Source: an uncultured Bacteroidales bacterium
Lineage (GTDB): Bacteria; Bacteroidota; Bacteroidia; Bacteroidales; VadinHA17
DNA: 64,000 nt
NCBI GenBank assembly: GCA_963743775.1
Contig: CAVURA010000011.1
Span: forward strand, 42,864-106,863
Reading direction: 5' to 3'
Below, piece after piece: positions 47,386 through 58,100 of the stretch. Each line of letters begins with the position of its first letter. The first letter of the stretch is position 1. The translations under genes were made by a program, and so were the position numbers. A model generated the notes under the pieces. It was given only the letters and a program-made list of their open reading frames with translations, made no database searches and was not told where the DNA came from.

Positions 47386-48441
47386 ATGGCACAGCCCGAT
47401 GATATGATCTTTATGCACCGCTGTCTTGATCTGGCGGGAAAGGCAGAGGGTTACACCTCTCCCAATCCGTTAGTCGGTGCGGTCATTGTGCATGACGGCA
47501 GGATCATAGGAGAAGGATTTCATCTGGAGGCAGGCACCCCGCATGCCGAAGTGCATGCCATCAATGCTGTGAAAGATAAAAGCCTTCTTCCGCATTCTTC
47601 ACTTTACGTCAGTCTTGAGCCCTGTTCTCACCAGGGGCGTACCCCTCCGTGTGCTGACCTGATAATCAGGAGCGGCATAAGAAGGGTGGTCATCGGTACG
47701 GGAGACACAAGCCTGAAGGTTGCGGGCAAGGGCATTGAACGGATGCGTCAGGCAGGGATAGAAGTTGTATCCGGTGTTGCTGAGGATGAGTGCCGTGAGA
47801 TCAACCGGCGTTTCTTTACGATACATGAGCAGCAGCGTCCGTATGTGATCATGAAATGGGCACGCAGTGCCGACGGTTTCATTGACACGTTAAGGGCACC
47901 GGGCGAGGCTATCGGGCCACACTGGATTACCGGCATGCCCGAACGAATACTCGTCCACAGATGGCGGGCTGCCGAGGATGCAATCCTGGCGGGCGGGGCT
48001 ACCATCCGCGCTGACAACCCGTCGCTTGACGTCCGCTACTGGAAGGGCAGGAACCCCGTCAGAATAATCGTCAGTCGCAGCGGGAAAATAGATCCTCAGG
48101 CAAAAGTGCTTAACGGCACCGCCAAAGTGAAACTTTTTACCTGTAATGGCAGTATAACCCTACCCGGAGCGGAGGTTATTCAAATTAATGATGATCAAAA
48201 TATTGCCGGGAGTGTCCTGAAGATTCTTCATGAGATGGAAATGCAGTCGGTTTTGGTTGAGGGAGGAGCATTTATCATCCGTCAATTTGTCGGGTCGGGT
48301 CTTTGGGATGAGGCACGCCGTTTCACGGGAAAGATGAACTTCGGGAAAGGAGTTGCTGACCCATTTCCGTCATTCAGACCGGATGAGGCTTTCAGCTTCG
48401 CGAAGAGCACCCTGGAGATTGCCAGGAACAGAATGAAATGA
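47386..48441 (+). CDS. ribD: Bifunctional riboflavin biosynthesis deaminase/reductase
   Basis: The CMP/dCMP deaminase zinc motifs are HAEVHAI and PCSHQGRTPPC, followed by a C-terminal RibD reductase domain. Confidence 0.9.
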   Translation: MAQPDDMIFMHRCLDLAGKAEGYTSPNPLVGAVIVHDGRIIGEGFHLEAGTPHAEVHAINAVKDKSLLPHSSLYVSLEPCSHQGRTPPCADLIIRSGIRRVVIGTGDTSLKVAGKGIERMRQAGIEVVSGVAEDECREINRRFFTIHEQQRPYVIMKWARSADGFIDTLRAPGEAIGPHWITGMPERILVHRWRAAEDAILAGGATIRADNPSLDVRYWKGRNPVRIIVSRSGKIDPQAKVLNGTAKVKLFTCNGSITLPGAEVIQINDDQNIAGSVLKILHEMEMQSVLVEGGAFIIRQFVGSGLWDEARRFTGKMNFGKGVADPFPSFRPDEAFSFAKSTLEIARNRMK

Positions 48442-48466
48442 CCGTCAGGTACTGTTAATAAATGCT

Positions 48467-48501
48467 TTTGTTTTGTTAGTAAATAATTATTCGTAATTTT
48501 G
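48467..48501 (+). promoter_or_regulatory. Bacteroidota-type promoter upstream of the TPR/caspase-like gene
   Basis: TTTG occurs at 48467..48470 and 48472..48475. TAATTTTG lies at 48494..48501, giving an 18-nt spacer from the second TTTG and sitting 30 nt before ATG 48532. Confidence 0.45.
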
Positions 48502-48531
48502 AGTCCCAATTCGTAAAATGAAGTGAAAGTC

Positions 48532-50916
48532 ATGAAACGCGGATTCTCGTTTTTTTTATTGATTCTTCTTGTTGCAGGCATGGGTGTTTACGGACAGTCA
48601 TCACGCAAGTATATAAAAGCCGGAGAGGAGTTCATCAGGAACAATATGTTCGACGATGCCATTGACCAGTTCTCCCGTGCTATTGAGGAGTCTCCATCTT
48701 CCGCCGACGGCTATGTCAAAAGAGCCAGGGTTTATGAACTGACCGGCAACTACGGACTTGCATATGATGATTACAAGAGGGCGGTAAATTTCATGCCGGA
48801 CGATACGGGCATCCTTTACAACCTGGGCCATATGTGCAATATGATTGCCTCCGGGGAGAAAACAACTGCCGATGAAAAAAAGAAATATTACACTGAAGCT
48901 GTATCAGTCCTGCAGAAAGCAATAAAGGCCGAATACCGTAACGGAAGGCTTTACACCGAGAAAGTCGTTTCACTGATAGGGATGGAGCTGTGGGACCGTG
49001 CCCTTGCTACCTCTGACACTGCGCTTCAGATGAGGGATGATGCCATAAACTATTACTATCAGGGCATCATCTACCAGAAGAAAAATGATGACCAGACAGC
49101 AAGGCGGCAGCTTGAAAAGGCTGTCACAAAAGACAAGACCCTTTCCATTGCGCGTCTGGAACTGGCCAGGGTGCTTGTCCGCCAGGGCGATATCAACAGC
49201 GCCCTCGGGCAATGCAATATGGTGATGCAGCAGGATGAGAAAAATGTAGATGCATACCTCACCCGTGCCATGGCTTTTGAGGCCAGGCTTGACTACCCGT
49301 CGGCCATAAATGATATTTCAACCGCCATACTGCTTGAGCCGGCAAATAAATCGCATTATATCAGCAGGGGTGCCTATTACCAGAAATTTAATCAGCACCT
49401 TGCCGCCGTCAACGATTTCACGAAGGCACTGGCACTAGACCAGTACCAGCCTCAGGTATATCTGATGCGTGCCCGTTCTTATGAGGAGATCAACGACTTT
49501 GAGAAGGCAGGATCGGATTATACGAAGGTCATTGCCATGAATGAAGCAAACGCTCCGGAAAAGAAGATGCTGGCTGAGGCTAATGACAGGCTCTTTGCGA
49601 TCAACCGCGAGACGGTCAGTCCTGAGATTTCAATTGAGGCTCCGACCATCGTCGGAGGCCGTGAGATAGAGGTGGGTTTTGATAGCAAGAGTGTGCTGGT
49701 GGCAGGAAGGATCAGCGACAAGAGCCTCCTTGCAGAGTTCTCAATCAACAACACCCCGGTGATGCATGAAGGCCGCAGCGGTTCAATGGCATTCTCAGCC
49801 GAGGTGAGCATACCGTCAGATGAAACGGTCAGGATAGTTGCGCGTGACATCTATGACAATGAAAGCGTGCTGACTTATCACATCAGGCGTACTGAGGTCG
49901 ATCCTCCCGAGATACAGATACTTGCTCCTTATCTCATTGGAGACGATGTACTGATCATTGACAGCATTACTACCCATATTGATATCGAGGGTAAGGTGAC
50001 AGATCAGAACCTTATCAGGTCAGTTAAAATTGAAAATATCAGCGCACAGTTCTCACAGGATAATCTCAATCCGGGTTTCATAGCCAAGGGCATTGATGTC
50101 CGTAACACTGACAAGATCACCATCCTTGTTGAAGACAAGTACGGGAACAGAACGATTAAGGATTACTTTCTTAACCGCAACGGTACTATTATTTCCGACT
50201 CGAACCCGATGGGCAACACACTTGTTATCTTCATAGAAAACAGTGACTATCAAAATTTTGCAGCTCTCCAGGGTCCGCCTAAAGACGCTAACCTCATTTC
50301 AGGTGTGCTTGAAGAAAACTACCAGGTGCTTCCCATACGCAGGCTCCGTAACCAGACGAAACAGCAGATGGAGAAGTTTTTTTCAATTGATCTCCGCGAT
50401 GAGGTAAGGGGCAAACAGATCAAGTCGCTTGTGATATGGTTTGCCGGCCACGGCAAATTCATCAATGACGTAGGATACTGGATACCCGTTGATGCAAGGC
50501 GTGATGAGGAGTTCACCTATTACAGCCTGACAACACTCAGGGCTTCTATGGAGTCCTATATGAATTATCTCACCCATGTTCTGGTCATTACCGACGCCTG
50601 CGAATCGGGCCCGAGTTTTTACCAGGCGATGAGATCAGATCTCAAGGCCCGCAACTGTGCTGACTGGCGTGCCACACAGTTCAAATCGAGCCAGGTATTC
50701 TCATCTGCCGGTTACGAACTGGCCGTGGATGACTCCCAGTTCACCCGCACTTTTGCCAGCGCTCTTCGCGGCAACCCTAAAACCTGCATTGCAATTGAAG
50801 AGATTGCCTCGCAGGTGACCAAGGCTGTTTCCCAGAACAACCAGCAGAAGCCTAAGTTTGGAAAGATCACCGGGCTCAAGGATGAAGACGGGACCTTCTT
50901 CTTCATAAAGAAATAG
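48532..50916 (+). CDS. Secreted TPR-repeat protein with two beta-rich modules and a C-terminal caspase-fold (clan CD, C14/CHAT-like) domain
   Basis: The signal peptide is MKRGFSFFLLILLVAGMGVYGQ. TPR-like repeats follow (AIDQFSRAIEESP, YDDYKRAVNFMPDD, AINDISTAILLEP, AVNDFTKALALDQ, and others). The His/Cys dyad contexts are LVIWFAGHG (His codon 50449..50451) and VLVITDACESG (Cys codon 50599..50601). Confidence 0.7.
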   Translation: MKRGFSFFLLILLVAGMGVYGQSSRKYIKAGEEFIRNNMFDDAIDQFSRAIEESPSSADGYVKRARVYELTGNYGLAYDDYKRAVNFMPDDTGILYNLGHMCNMIASGEKTTADEKKKYYTEAVSVLQKAIKAEYRNGRLYTEKVVSLIGMELWDRALATSDTALQMRDDAINYYYQGIIYQKKNDDQTARRQLEKAVTKDKTLSIARLELARVLVRQGDINSALGQCNMVMQQDEKNVDAYLTRAMAFEARLDYPSAINDISTAILLEPANKSHYISRGAYYQKFNQHLAAVNDFTKALALDQYQPQVYLMRARSYEEINDFEKAGSDYTKVIAMNEANAPEKKMLAEANDRLFAINRETVSPEISIEAPTIVGGREIEVGFDSKSVLVAGRISDKSLLAEFSINNTPVMHEGRSGSMAFSAEVSIPSDETVRIVARDIYDNESVLTYHIRRTEVDPPEIQILAPYLIGDDVLIIDSITTHIDIEGKVTDQNLIRSVKIENISAQFSQDNLNPGFIAKGIDVRNTDKITILVEDKYGNRTIKDYFLNRNGTIISDSNPMGNTLVIFIENSDYQNFAALQGPPKDANLISGVLEENYQVLPIRRLRNQTKQQMEKFFSIDLRDEVRGKQIKSLVIWFAGHGKFINDVGYWIPVDARRDEEFTYYSLTTLRASMESYMNYLTHVLVITDACESGPSFYQAMRSDLKARNCADWRATQFKSSQVFSSAGYELAVDDSQFTRTFASALRGNPKTCIAIEEIASQVTKAVSQNNQQKPKFGKITGLKDEDGTFFFIKK

Positions 50917-50920
50917 CCTG

Positions 50921-53900
50921 ATGGGCGGAGGGGGCAGGTATTGCAAAGTATCCTCACCTGTTTTACTGGCGTGGCTGTCCCTGTTGTTTCTGGCCTTTCC
51001 CGGTCATGCTTCAGGCCAGAATTACTATTTTGAAAATTACGGTTCAAAGGAGGGGCTCAGCGCCTCAAAAGTATACACTGTAATCCAGGATGCCAACGAT
51101 TTTATCTGGCTGGGTACAGGCAGCGGCGCCACACGCTTTGACGGACTGAATTTTGAGAACTTCTCCACCTCAGACAGCCTGGCCCCGGGAGGGGTGAAGA
51201 GCATTTTCATGGACAGCCATGGCAGGATATGGCTGGGACATATCGGCGGTGGCATGTCACTTTTCGAGAATGATATCTTTAAACGTGTCTCCTTCTCTCC
51301 CTCAATTTTCATTGGCATTGATTCAGCCAGGATAACCGACGGGGTAAAGCCTGTACTGACCCTCAGCGGTGATATAACCGCGATCACTGAGTATGAAGGA
51401 TCAATCTGGGTTTCAACCACCCTGGGCGGCGCACTGAGACTTGATGATCCCGAGCCCGGCGTCATGACAATGACTGGGCAACAGTATGCCGGCCGTCAGG
51501 GACTGAGCAATGATGCATTCGGGTTTTACAGCGACCGCGGTGGAAGCCTGTACTGCATAACAGATATGGGTATCAAGAAGTATGACCATGCCAGTGACAG
51601 GTTTAACCCATACAATCCTGAAGGTCTTACCAGGTACTTCCAGATCACCACCATGTTTGAAGATTCCCGGGGAAACAAGTGGTTCGGTACATATAACGGA
51701 GGACTGCACAAGCTTGACGCCAGAAGCGGTGAAATGGAATTATATGATTCGCGTAATGGTCTGTGGGGTAATTTTGTTAGCTATATCACCGAAGACTACC
51801 GCGGAAATATATGGGTAGCATCAATGGAAGATCAGGAGAGCCGGGGAGGCATAACAATCTTCTCGCCGGACGGAATTGTCATATATAACAGCAGTAACGG
51901 CCTGCGGGCACAGCATATCCTGTGCATGATAGAGGACAAGGAGAGGAATATCCTTATTGCTGACAGGGATGCCGGACTCTTCATCTACAAGGGTGATCAC
52001 TTTACTTCCTACCAGGCGCCGTTATTCTTTCCGTCAAACGATGTATTCACGCTTGCCCAGGATGAGACAGGCCGGTACTGGTTCGGCACACACAGCGGCC
52101 TTTCTCTTTATGATCCGGAGAAAAAAGGAGAAGCCGGGATAAAAAGTTCAGGTTTTCCCGCCGCCCTTGAAGGAAGCCAGATAAACATCATCAAACCTGA
52201 CGGGAATGGCAATGTATGGATTGTAACCTCAACATATGAGATATTCAGGTATGATCTGAAAGAAGACAAATATAAATTTGATATCAACCTGAACGGGAGC
52301 CTTAAGGAAATATACAGTATCTCAGCTCTTGAAACAGACTTGTCGGATAACCTGTGGATGGGAACTGACCGTGCACTGATCAGATGGGATGAAAAGAAGA
52401 AGGAAAGCAGGACTTACACACAGATCAACGGTCTATCGGTTACCAATATCACATCCCTGTTTACTGACAGCAAGGGTTTTCTGTGGATCGGGTCGGAGAA
52501 GCGAAACGGCATTACGAAACATTTCCCGGGCAGTGAGGACTTTGTCGCAGTTGATTTTGGTGCTGAAATCATGCCAACATCGATAACCGAAACATCTGAC
52601 GGAACCGTGTGGGTGGGTACCATAGACGGACTGTACGGCCTCAGGAATGATACAGTATGGAAAAGGATCACCGATGCTGACGGTCTCCTTATGAATTCCA
52701 TCAACCTGCTGCAGCCTGACAGGGAAGGTAACCTGTTCATAGGCACCAACCTGGGCCTTAACAGGTATGATATAGTGACAGGCCGCATTTCATCATTCAC
52801 CGAGAAGAACGGGTTCACAGGCATTGAAACCAGGTCAAACGCTTCATTTTCAGACAATAACGGAGATCTGTGGTTTGGCACCCCCAACGGAGCCATCAGG
52901 CTGAGCCCCTCAAAGCTGCCTCCTGTTATCACGGAGCCTGCCACACACATCTGGAGAACCCTTGTCAACTATGTGCCGTATCCCATGTACGACGGGATAC
53001 GTCTCTCCCACAACCAGAAGAAAGGGATCATCTTCGACTTCCTGAGTATCTGTCTTGTCAATCCTGAATCGGTCAGGTACCAGTATATGCTTGTTGGCTC
53101 CGATGAGGACTGGGTAAGCACAAGCCAGACCAGGGTGCCATACCTGTCGCTAAGCCCCGGCAAATATACCTTTAAGGTCAGGGCTTCAAACAACTACGGT
53201 TACTGGAATGAAAAGCCGGTGGAGATGACATTTACAATCAGGCCTCCGCTGTTCCTGTCGCCGTATTTTATTATCCTGGCCATCGGTGCCCTCATCAGCG
53301 TCATCTACCTTTACATCATGCGCCGTGAACGGAACCTGCTCAGGGAAAAGGATGTACTTGAAGAGAAGGTTGAGGAGAGAACAGCTGAGGTTGTATCCAA
53401 GAGCCTCGAACTCGAAGAAAAGAACAGGGATATCACCGCAAGCATCAGGTATGCTGAAAGGATCCAGGCTGCGATGCTTCCACCGGAGAATTATTTCAAT
53501 AATACCTTTGTCCTGTTCATGCCCAAGGATATTGTCAGCGGCGACTTTTACTGGATGTATGACAGCGGCCTGAAGCAGTTTATTGCCACGGTCGACTGCA
53601 CCGGTCACGGCGTTCCGGGAGCGTTCATGTCAATTATCGGTCATAACTCTCTTAACAAGATCGTGAAGGAGAACGGTGTGAAAAGGCCGTCAGAAATTCT
53701 TGACCGCCTGAACACCGAGATCGTTCATGCCCTTCTGCAGAGAAGCCAGAAGGCAGTGCGTGACGGCATGGATATTTCACTGATCTCGTATGACACCCTT
53801 GAGCATTATGTTGAATTTGCCGGGGCTTACCAGCCGCTTTATCATGTGAGGGACGGCAAGGTTACTGTTCACAGGGCTGACCGTTTCCCCATCGGCATGA

Positions 53901-54172
53901 TTGACGGCCAGGCAAAGAAGGTCTTCACCAATCGAAGGATAGACGTCATGAAGGGAGATATGCTCTATATCTTCACTGACGGTTTTGCCGACCAGTTTGG
54001 CGGTGATGAAGACAAGAAGTTCAAGACCATAAACATCAGGCGCATTCTCTCGGAGATATATAGTCTTCCGGAAGATGAGCAGAAGAGGCTTCTTGAGAAA
54101 GCCATCAGGGACTGGATGGGAGACCTCCCCCAGATAGACGATATTCTTTTTATCGGCACCCGGATACCTTAG
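50921..54172 (+). CDS. Sensor phosphatase: periplasmic two-component-regulator propeller repeats + Y_Y_Y-like module + TM + SpoIIE/PP2C domain
   Basis: There are many Reg_prop-like blades (IWLGTGSGATRFDG, KWFGTYNGGLHKLD, LWMGTDRALIRWD, VWVGTIDGLYGL, LWFGTPNGAIRL). One TM helix (FIILAIGALISVIYLYIM) and a coiled coil follow. The PP2C motifs are SGDFYW, DCTGHGVPGAFMS, FTDGFADQ and DDILFIG. Confidence 0.8.
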   Translation: MGGGGRYCKVSSPVLLAWLSLLFLAFPGHASGQNYYFENYGSKEGLSASKVYTVIQDANDFIWLGTGSGATRFDGLNFENFSTSDSLAPGGVKSIFMDSHGRIWLGHIGGGMSLFENDIFKRVSFSPSIFIGIDSARITDGVKPVLTLSGDITAITEYEGSIWVSTTLGGALRLDDPEPGVMTMTGQQYAGRQGLSNDAFGFYSDRGGSLYCITDMGIKKYDHASDRFNPYNPEGLTRYFQITTMFEDSRGNKWFGTYNGGLHKLDARSGEMELYDSRNGLWGNFVSYITEDYRGNIWVASMEDQESRGGITIFSPDGIVIYNSSNGLRAQHILCMIEDKERNILIADRDAGLFIYKGDHFTSYQAPLFFPSNDVFTLAQDETGRYWFGTHSGLSLYDPEKKGEAGIKSSGFPAALEGSQINIIKPDGNGNVWIVTSTYEIFRYDLKEDKYKFDINLNGSLKEIYSISALETDLSDNLWMGTDRALIRWDEKKKESRTYTQINGLSVTNITSLFTDSKGFLWIGSEKRNGITKHFPGSEDFVAVDFGAEIMPTSITETSDGTVWVGTIDGLYGLRNDTVWKRITDADGLLMNSINLLQPDREGNLFIGTNLGLNRYDIVTGRISSFTEKNGFTGIETRSNASFSDNNGDLWFGTPNGAIRLSPSKLPPVITEPATHIWRTLVNYVPYPMYDGIRLSHNQKKGIIFDFLSICLVNPESVRYQYMLVGSDEDWVSTSQTRVPYLSLSPGKYTFKVRASNNYGYWNEKPVEMTFTIRPPLFLSPYFIILAIGALISVIYLYIMRRERNLLREKDVLEEKVEERTAEVVSKSLELEEKNRDITASIRYAERIQAAMLPPENYFNNTFVLFMPKDIVSGDFYWMYDSGLKQFIATVDCTGHGVPGAFMSIIGHNSLNKIVKENGVKRPSEILDRLNTEIVHALLQRSQKAVRDGMDISLISYDTLEHYVEFAGAYQPLYHVRDGKVTVHRADRFPIGMIDGQAKKVFTNRRIDVMKGDMLYIFTDGFADQFGGDEDKKFKTINIRRILSEIYSLPEDEQKRLLEKAIRDWMGDLPQIDDILFIGTRIP

Positions 54173-54174
54173 TG

Positions 54175-54750
54175 TCAGATCCGGGCAATTACCTTTGGAT
54201 CAGCATGCCAGCCGGTATAGTTGACTATTGCCGGCACCACCTCTTCGGCCGAGGTGACGATCTGCCATATATCCTTATGCTCAAGCCTCATGAAATGGCC
54301 CCTGACCATGTGGTCGAAGAACTCGATGAGGTGGTCATAAAAACCGTTGACATTCATGATTATAATGGGCTTGTTGAACTGTCCAAGCTGTTTGAGGGTA
54401 ATCACCTCCGTCAGCTCCTCAAGCGTTCCCACTCCTCCGGGGAGGGCTACAGCAGCATCAGACATTGCAAAGATCGTCTTCTTCCTCTCAGACATATCCG
54501 ATGTAATGATCATATCCCTGACCCCGTCATGACCCCATCCTTCCTTTATCATGAATTCAGGTATCACTCCGGTGATCTCACCTTTACCGGCAAGCATGGT
54601 ATCTGCAAGAATACCCATCAGTCCTATGCCTCCGCCACCGAAAATGGCATGCACATTCTGCTCGGCAAATACTTTGCCCAGCTCTGCCGCGGCAGTTGCG
54701 TAGGCAGGATCAATACGGCTGCTTGAGGCAGCAAAAACGCAAACTCTCAT
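54175..54750 (-). CDS. LOG-family (TIGR00730) nucleotide phosphoribohydrolase
   Basis: Motifs are GGGGIGLMG and ALPGGVGTLEEL. The size is 191 aa. Confidence 0.8.
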   Translation of the reverse strand: MRVCVFAASSSRIDPAYATAAAELGKVFAEQNVHAIFGGGGIGLMGILADTMLAGKGEITGVIPEFMIKEGWGHDGVRDMIITSDMSERKKTIFAMSDAAVALPGGVGTLEELTEVITLKQLGQFNKPIIIMNVNGFYDHLIEFFDHMVRGHFMRLEHKDIWQIVTSAEEVVPAIVNYTGWHADPKVIARI

Positions 54751-54756
54751 AATTGG

Positions 54757-55074
54757 TCAGAGAAGAGGTGTAAGCTTGGCCTCAAATGCCGAGCGGGCAG
54801 CTGCCCCGACCTGCTTGTCAACAACCTCACCTCCCTTGAAGTAAAGAACCGTGGGAATATTCCTGATTGAGAACCTGCGGGCGACTTCAGGCGAACTGTC
54901 AACATCACACTTGACGACCAGAGCCTTGTCCTTGTAGGTCTCACCTAACTGCTCTATGTATGGAGCTATCATCCTGCAGGGGCCGCACCATTCCGCCCAG
55001 AAATCCACAATCACCGGTATGTCTGACTTCAATACAACCTCATCAAAATTCTTGTCGTTAACGTGCTGTGCCAT
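54757..55074 (-). CDS. trxA: Thioredoxin
   Basis: 105 aa with the motif FWAEWCGPCRM. Confidence 0.9.
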   Translation of the reverse strand: MAQHVNDKNFDEVVLKSDIPVIVDFWAEWCGPCRMIAPYIEQLGETYKDKALVVKCDVDSSPEVARRFSIRNIPTVLYFKGGEVVDKQVGAAARSAFEAKLTPLL

Positions 55075-55122
55075 AGTATATTATATTTCTGATTTATTGA
55101 GTACGAATTCTCACAAAGATAT

Positions 55123-58100
55123 TTAATTTACTTTAAAGTCAAGCTCCGGGTTATCTTCAAGCCATCCGATAAGCTCGTTTGTAATGCCTGCCTTGATGCT
55201 CCGCGAGAAGAGAGGAAGGGTGATTTTATCATCATGATCAATCAACAGGAATTTGAGTGTTTTGTTGCCCGGATTCTCCGAAATAAGTGTCTTAAGGTTC
55301 GTTATGAACTCCGGGTTAATAAGTTCCGTCTTGACCTTGATGGTGATTGAATTGATGAGGTCTTCCCTTACTGCGGAGAGCAGGTGTATTTCCTTTATCC
55401 TCAGCTCGAGTTCATCAGGATTATAAAATCTCGCCTGTACCTTTCCTTTTATCAGGAGTTGATAATCGGTATTGAAAAAGTTGCTGAATGATACGTATTC
55501 CTTGTCGAACAGCAGGAAGGTAAATGAATCTGTATAATCCTGCAGTGTAAACCCTCCGAAGGGTTTGCCGTTCTTGGTGACACCGCTGCGGGTATCTGTC
55601 ACCAATCCTGCAACGCATACCTCGCGGTTGGCAAACTCACTCAGGTTCTGAAGGTCAGCCAGGGTGGCATTGCAGAAGGTGTTAATTTCAAGACGGTAGT
55701 CGTCAAGAGGATGTGATGAAAGATAAATACCTATCACCTGTTTTTCCTTGTTCAGCTTCTCCAGTTTAGACCAGTCGGGGCATGGGGCAGGCTCAGGCCT
55801 CACAAGCTCAAACCCTCCGCTGTCGCCGAAGAGCGACTGCTGGGTGCTGTTGCGTATATTCTTGACGCTGTGTCCGTAGCGGATGAGGCTCTCGAGAAAG
55901 CTGGAGCCCTTGCCGTCGGCAGAAAAGTACTGTGCCCTGGTGAGGCCCGGAAGGCTGTCAAACGCACCGGATACCACCATTGATTCGAGCATCTTTTTAT
56001 TGAGTGTGTTGAGGTTCGTTCTCTCTGCCAGTTCATAGATATCTTTGTAAGGGCCGTTCTTCTCCCTTTCCTCAATAAGATGCAGTACGGCATTCTCTCC
56101 CACGCCCTTGATGGCGCCAAGCCCGAACCTGATATTGCCGTTACGGTTGACTGTAAAATGCAGGAGGCTCTCGTTGACATCGGGACCGAGCACCTCCATG
56201 CCCATCCGTTTGGTCTCCTCCATCATCACGGTGATCTTCTTGATATCACTGATGTTACGGCTCAGCACCGCAGCCATGAACTCGGCCGGGTAATTCGCCT
56301 TGAGATAACCGGTCTGGTATGCAATGAGAGCATAGCATGTCGAGTGCGACTTATTAAAAGCATATTCAGCAAAAGCTTCCCAGTCTGACCATATCTTGTT
56401 AAGGGTGTTCTCATCATAGCCATTTCTGCGGCATCCTTCGACAAATTCGACCTTCAGCTTGTCCATGATGGTCTTCTTCTTCTTGCCCATGGCCTTGCGG
56501 AGCGAGTCAGCCTGTCCTTTGGTGAAGCCTGCAAGCTCCTGCGAGAGCAGCATCACCTGCTCCTGGTAGACAGTTATGCCGTAGGTCTCCTTGAGATATT
56601 TCTCCATCGCCGGCAGCTCGTACTTAATCTTCTCTTTCCCGTTTTTGCGCCTGATAAACAAGGGTATATAATCCATGGGCCCCGGCCGGTACAGGGCGTT
56701 CATGGCTATCAGGTCACCGAACTGGTTTGGCTTCAGGTCGCGCAGGTAGCGTTTCATGCCCACAGATTCAAACTGGAACACACCGGTTGTCTCCGCGTTG
56801 CTGAACAGCTCCCAGGTACGCTTGTCCTTAAGAGACAAGGTATCAAGGTCTATGGTTATCCCCTTTGATTTCGTTATGTTCTCAACGGCATCCTTCAGTA
56901 TCGACAGAGTTTTCAGCCCCAGGAAGTCCATCTTGAGCAGCCCGACTGACTCGACATGGTTGCCCTCATACTGTGTCACGTACAGCTCTGTGTCCTTGGC
57001 AGTGCAGATAGGGATATGGTCTGAGATGTTGTCCCTGCTGATAATAATACCGCAGGCGTGGACGCCTGTCTGACGTATGCTGCCCTCGAGCACCTCCGCA
57101 TACTTGAGGGTCTGGGCAACGAGAGGCTCTTTTGATTCTCTTTCTTTCAGCAGTTCAGGAACCTCATCGTAAGCTGTTGCAAGCGTGATGCCGGGCCGTT
57201 CGGGCACCAGTTTGGTCAGCCTGATGGCTTCCGGCAGCGGCAGTTTCTGCACCCTGGCGACATCCCTTATGGCCATCTTGGCAGCCATGGTGCCGAAGGT
57301 AATTATATGAGCTACCCTGTCGTGACCGTATTTGTCAACGACATATTTCAGGACTTTCTCCCGTCCGTCCTCGTCGAAGTCAATGTCGATATCCGGCATC
57401 GAGATGCGGTCAGGGTTAAGGAATCTTTCAAACAGGAGGTTATACTGTATGGGGTCAATGTCTGTGATCCTGAGGGAATATGCTACGGCGCTGCCGGCAG
57501 CCGAACCTCTTCCCGGGCCGACCCATACACCCATCTCGCGGGCTGCCCTGAGAAAATCCTGCACGATGAGGAAGTAACCGGGGAACCCCATGTTTTTGAT
57601 AACCGAGAGCTCAAAATCGAGTCGTGCCTGCAGTTCGGGGGTAATGTTGGTCCATCGCGCCGCTGCACCCTTCATTGTCAGGTGCCTGAGATACTCATCC
57701 TTGTCTGCGAACTCTGGCGGGATGGCGAAATCAGGCATGATCGGCTGGCTGCTAAGCGAATAGTATTCAATCTTATCTGCTACCTCCTTTGTGTTCAGTA
57801 CTGCCTCGGGTATATCGGCGAAAACTGCCAGCATCTCTTCTTCGGTCTTGAGATACTCCTGTTTCGTATACCTCAGTCTGTCAGGGTCGTCAATGTCTTT
57901 TACGGTGTTGATGCAAATAAGCCTGTCATGGGCTTCTGCCTCGTCAGCCATGATGAAGTGCACGTCATTGGTCGCAATGATCTTGACATTGTGTTTTGCC
58001 GCCAGTTCGCGGTAAGCGGCGATTACCCTCTGCTGCAGCGGAAATACCGTGGTGTCAGCGGTAGGGTCGGAGGTTTCATGGCGCTGGATCTCAAGATAAT

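Noticed and set aside
54172-54726. 184-aa plus-strand ORF coextensive with the LOG gene
   Set aside because: The minus-strand product has the LOG signatures GGGGIGLMG and PGGVGTLEE. The plus-strand product has none.
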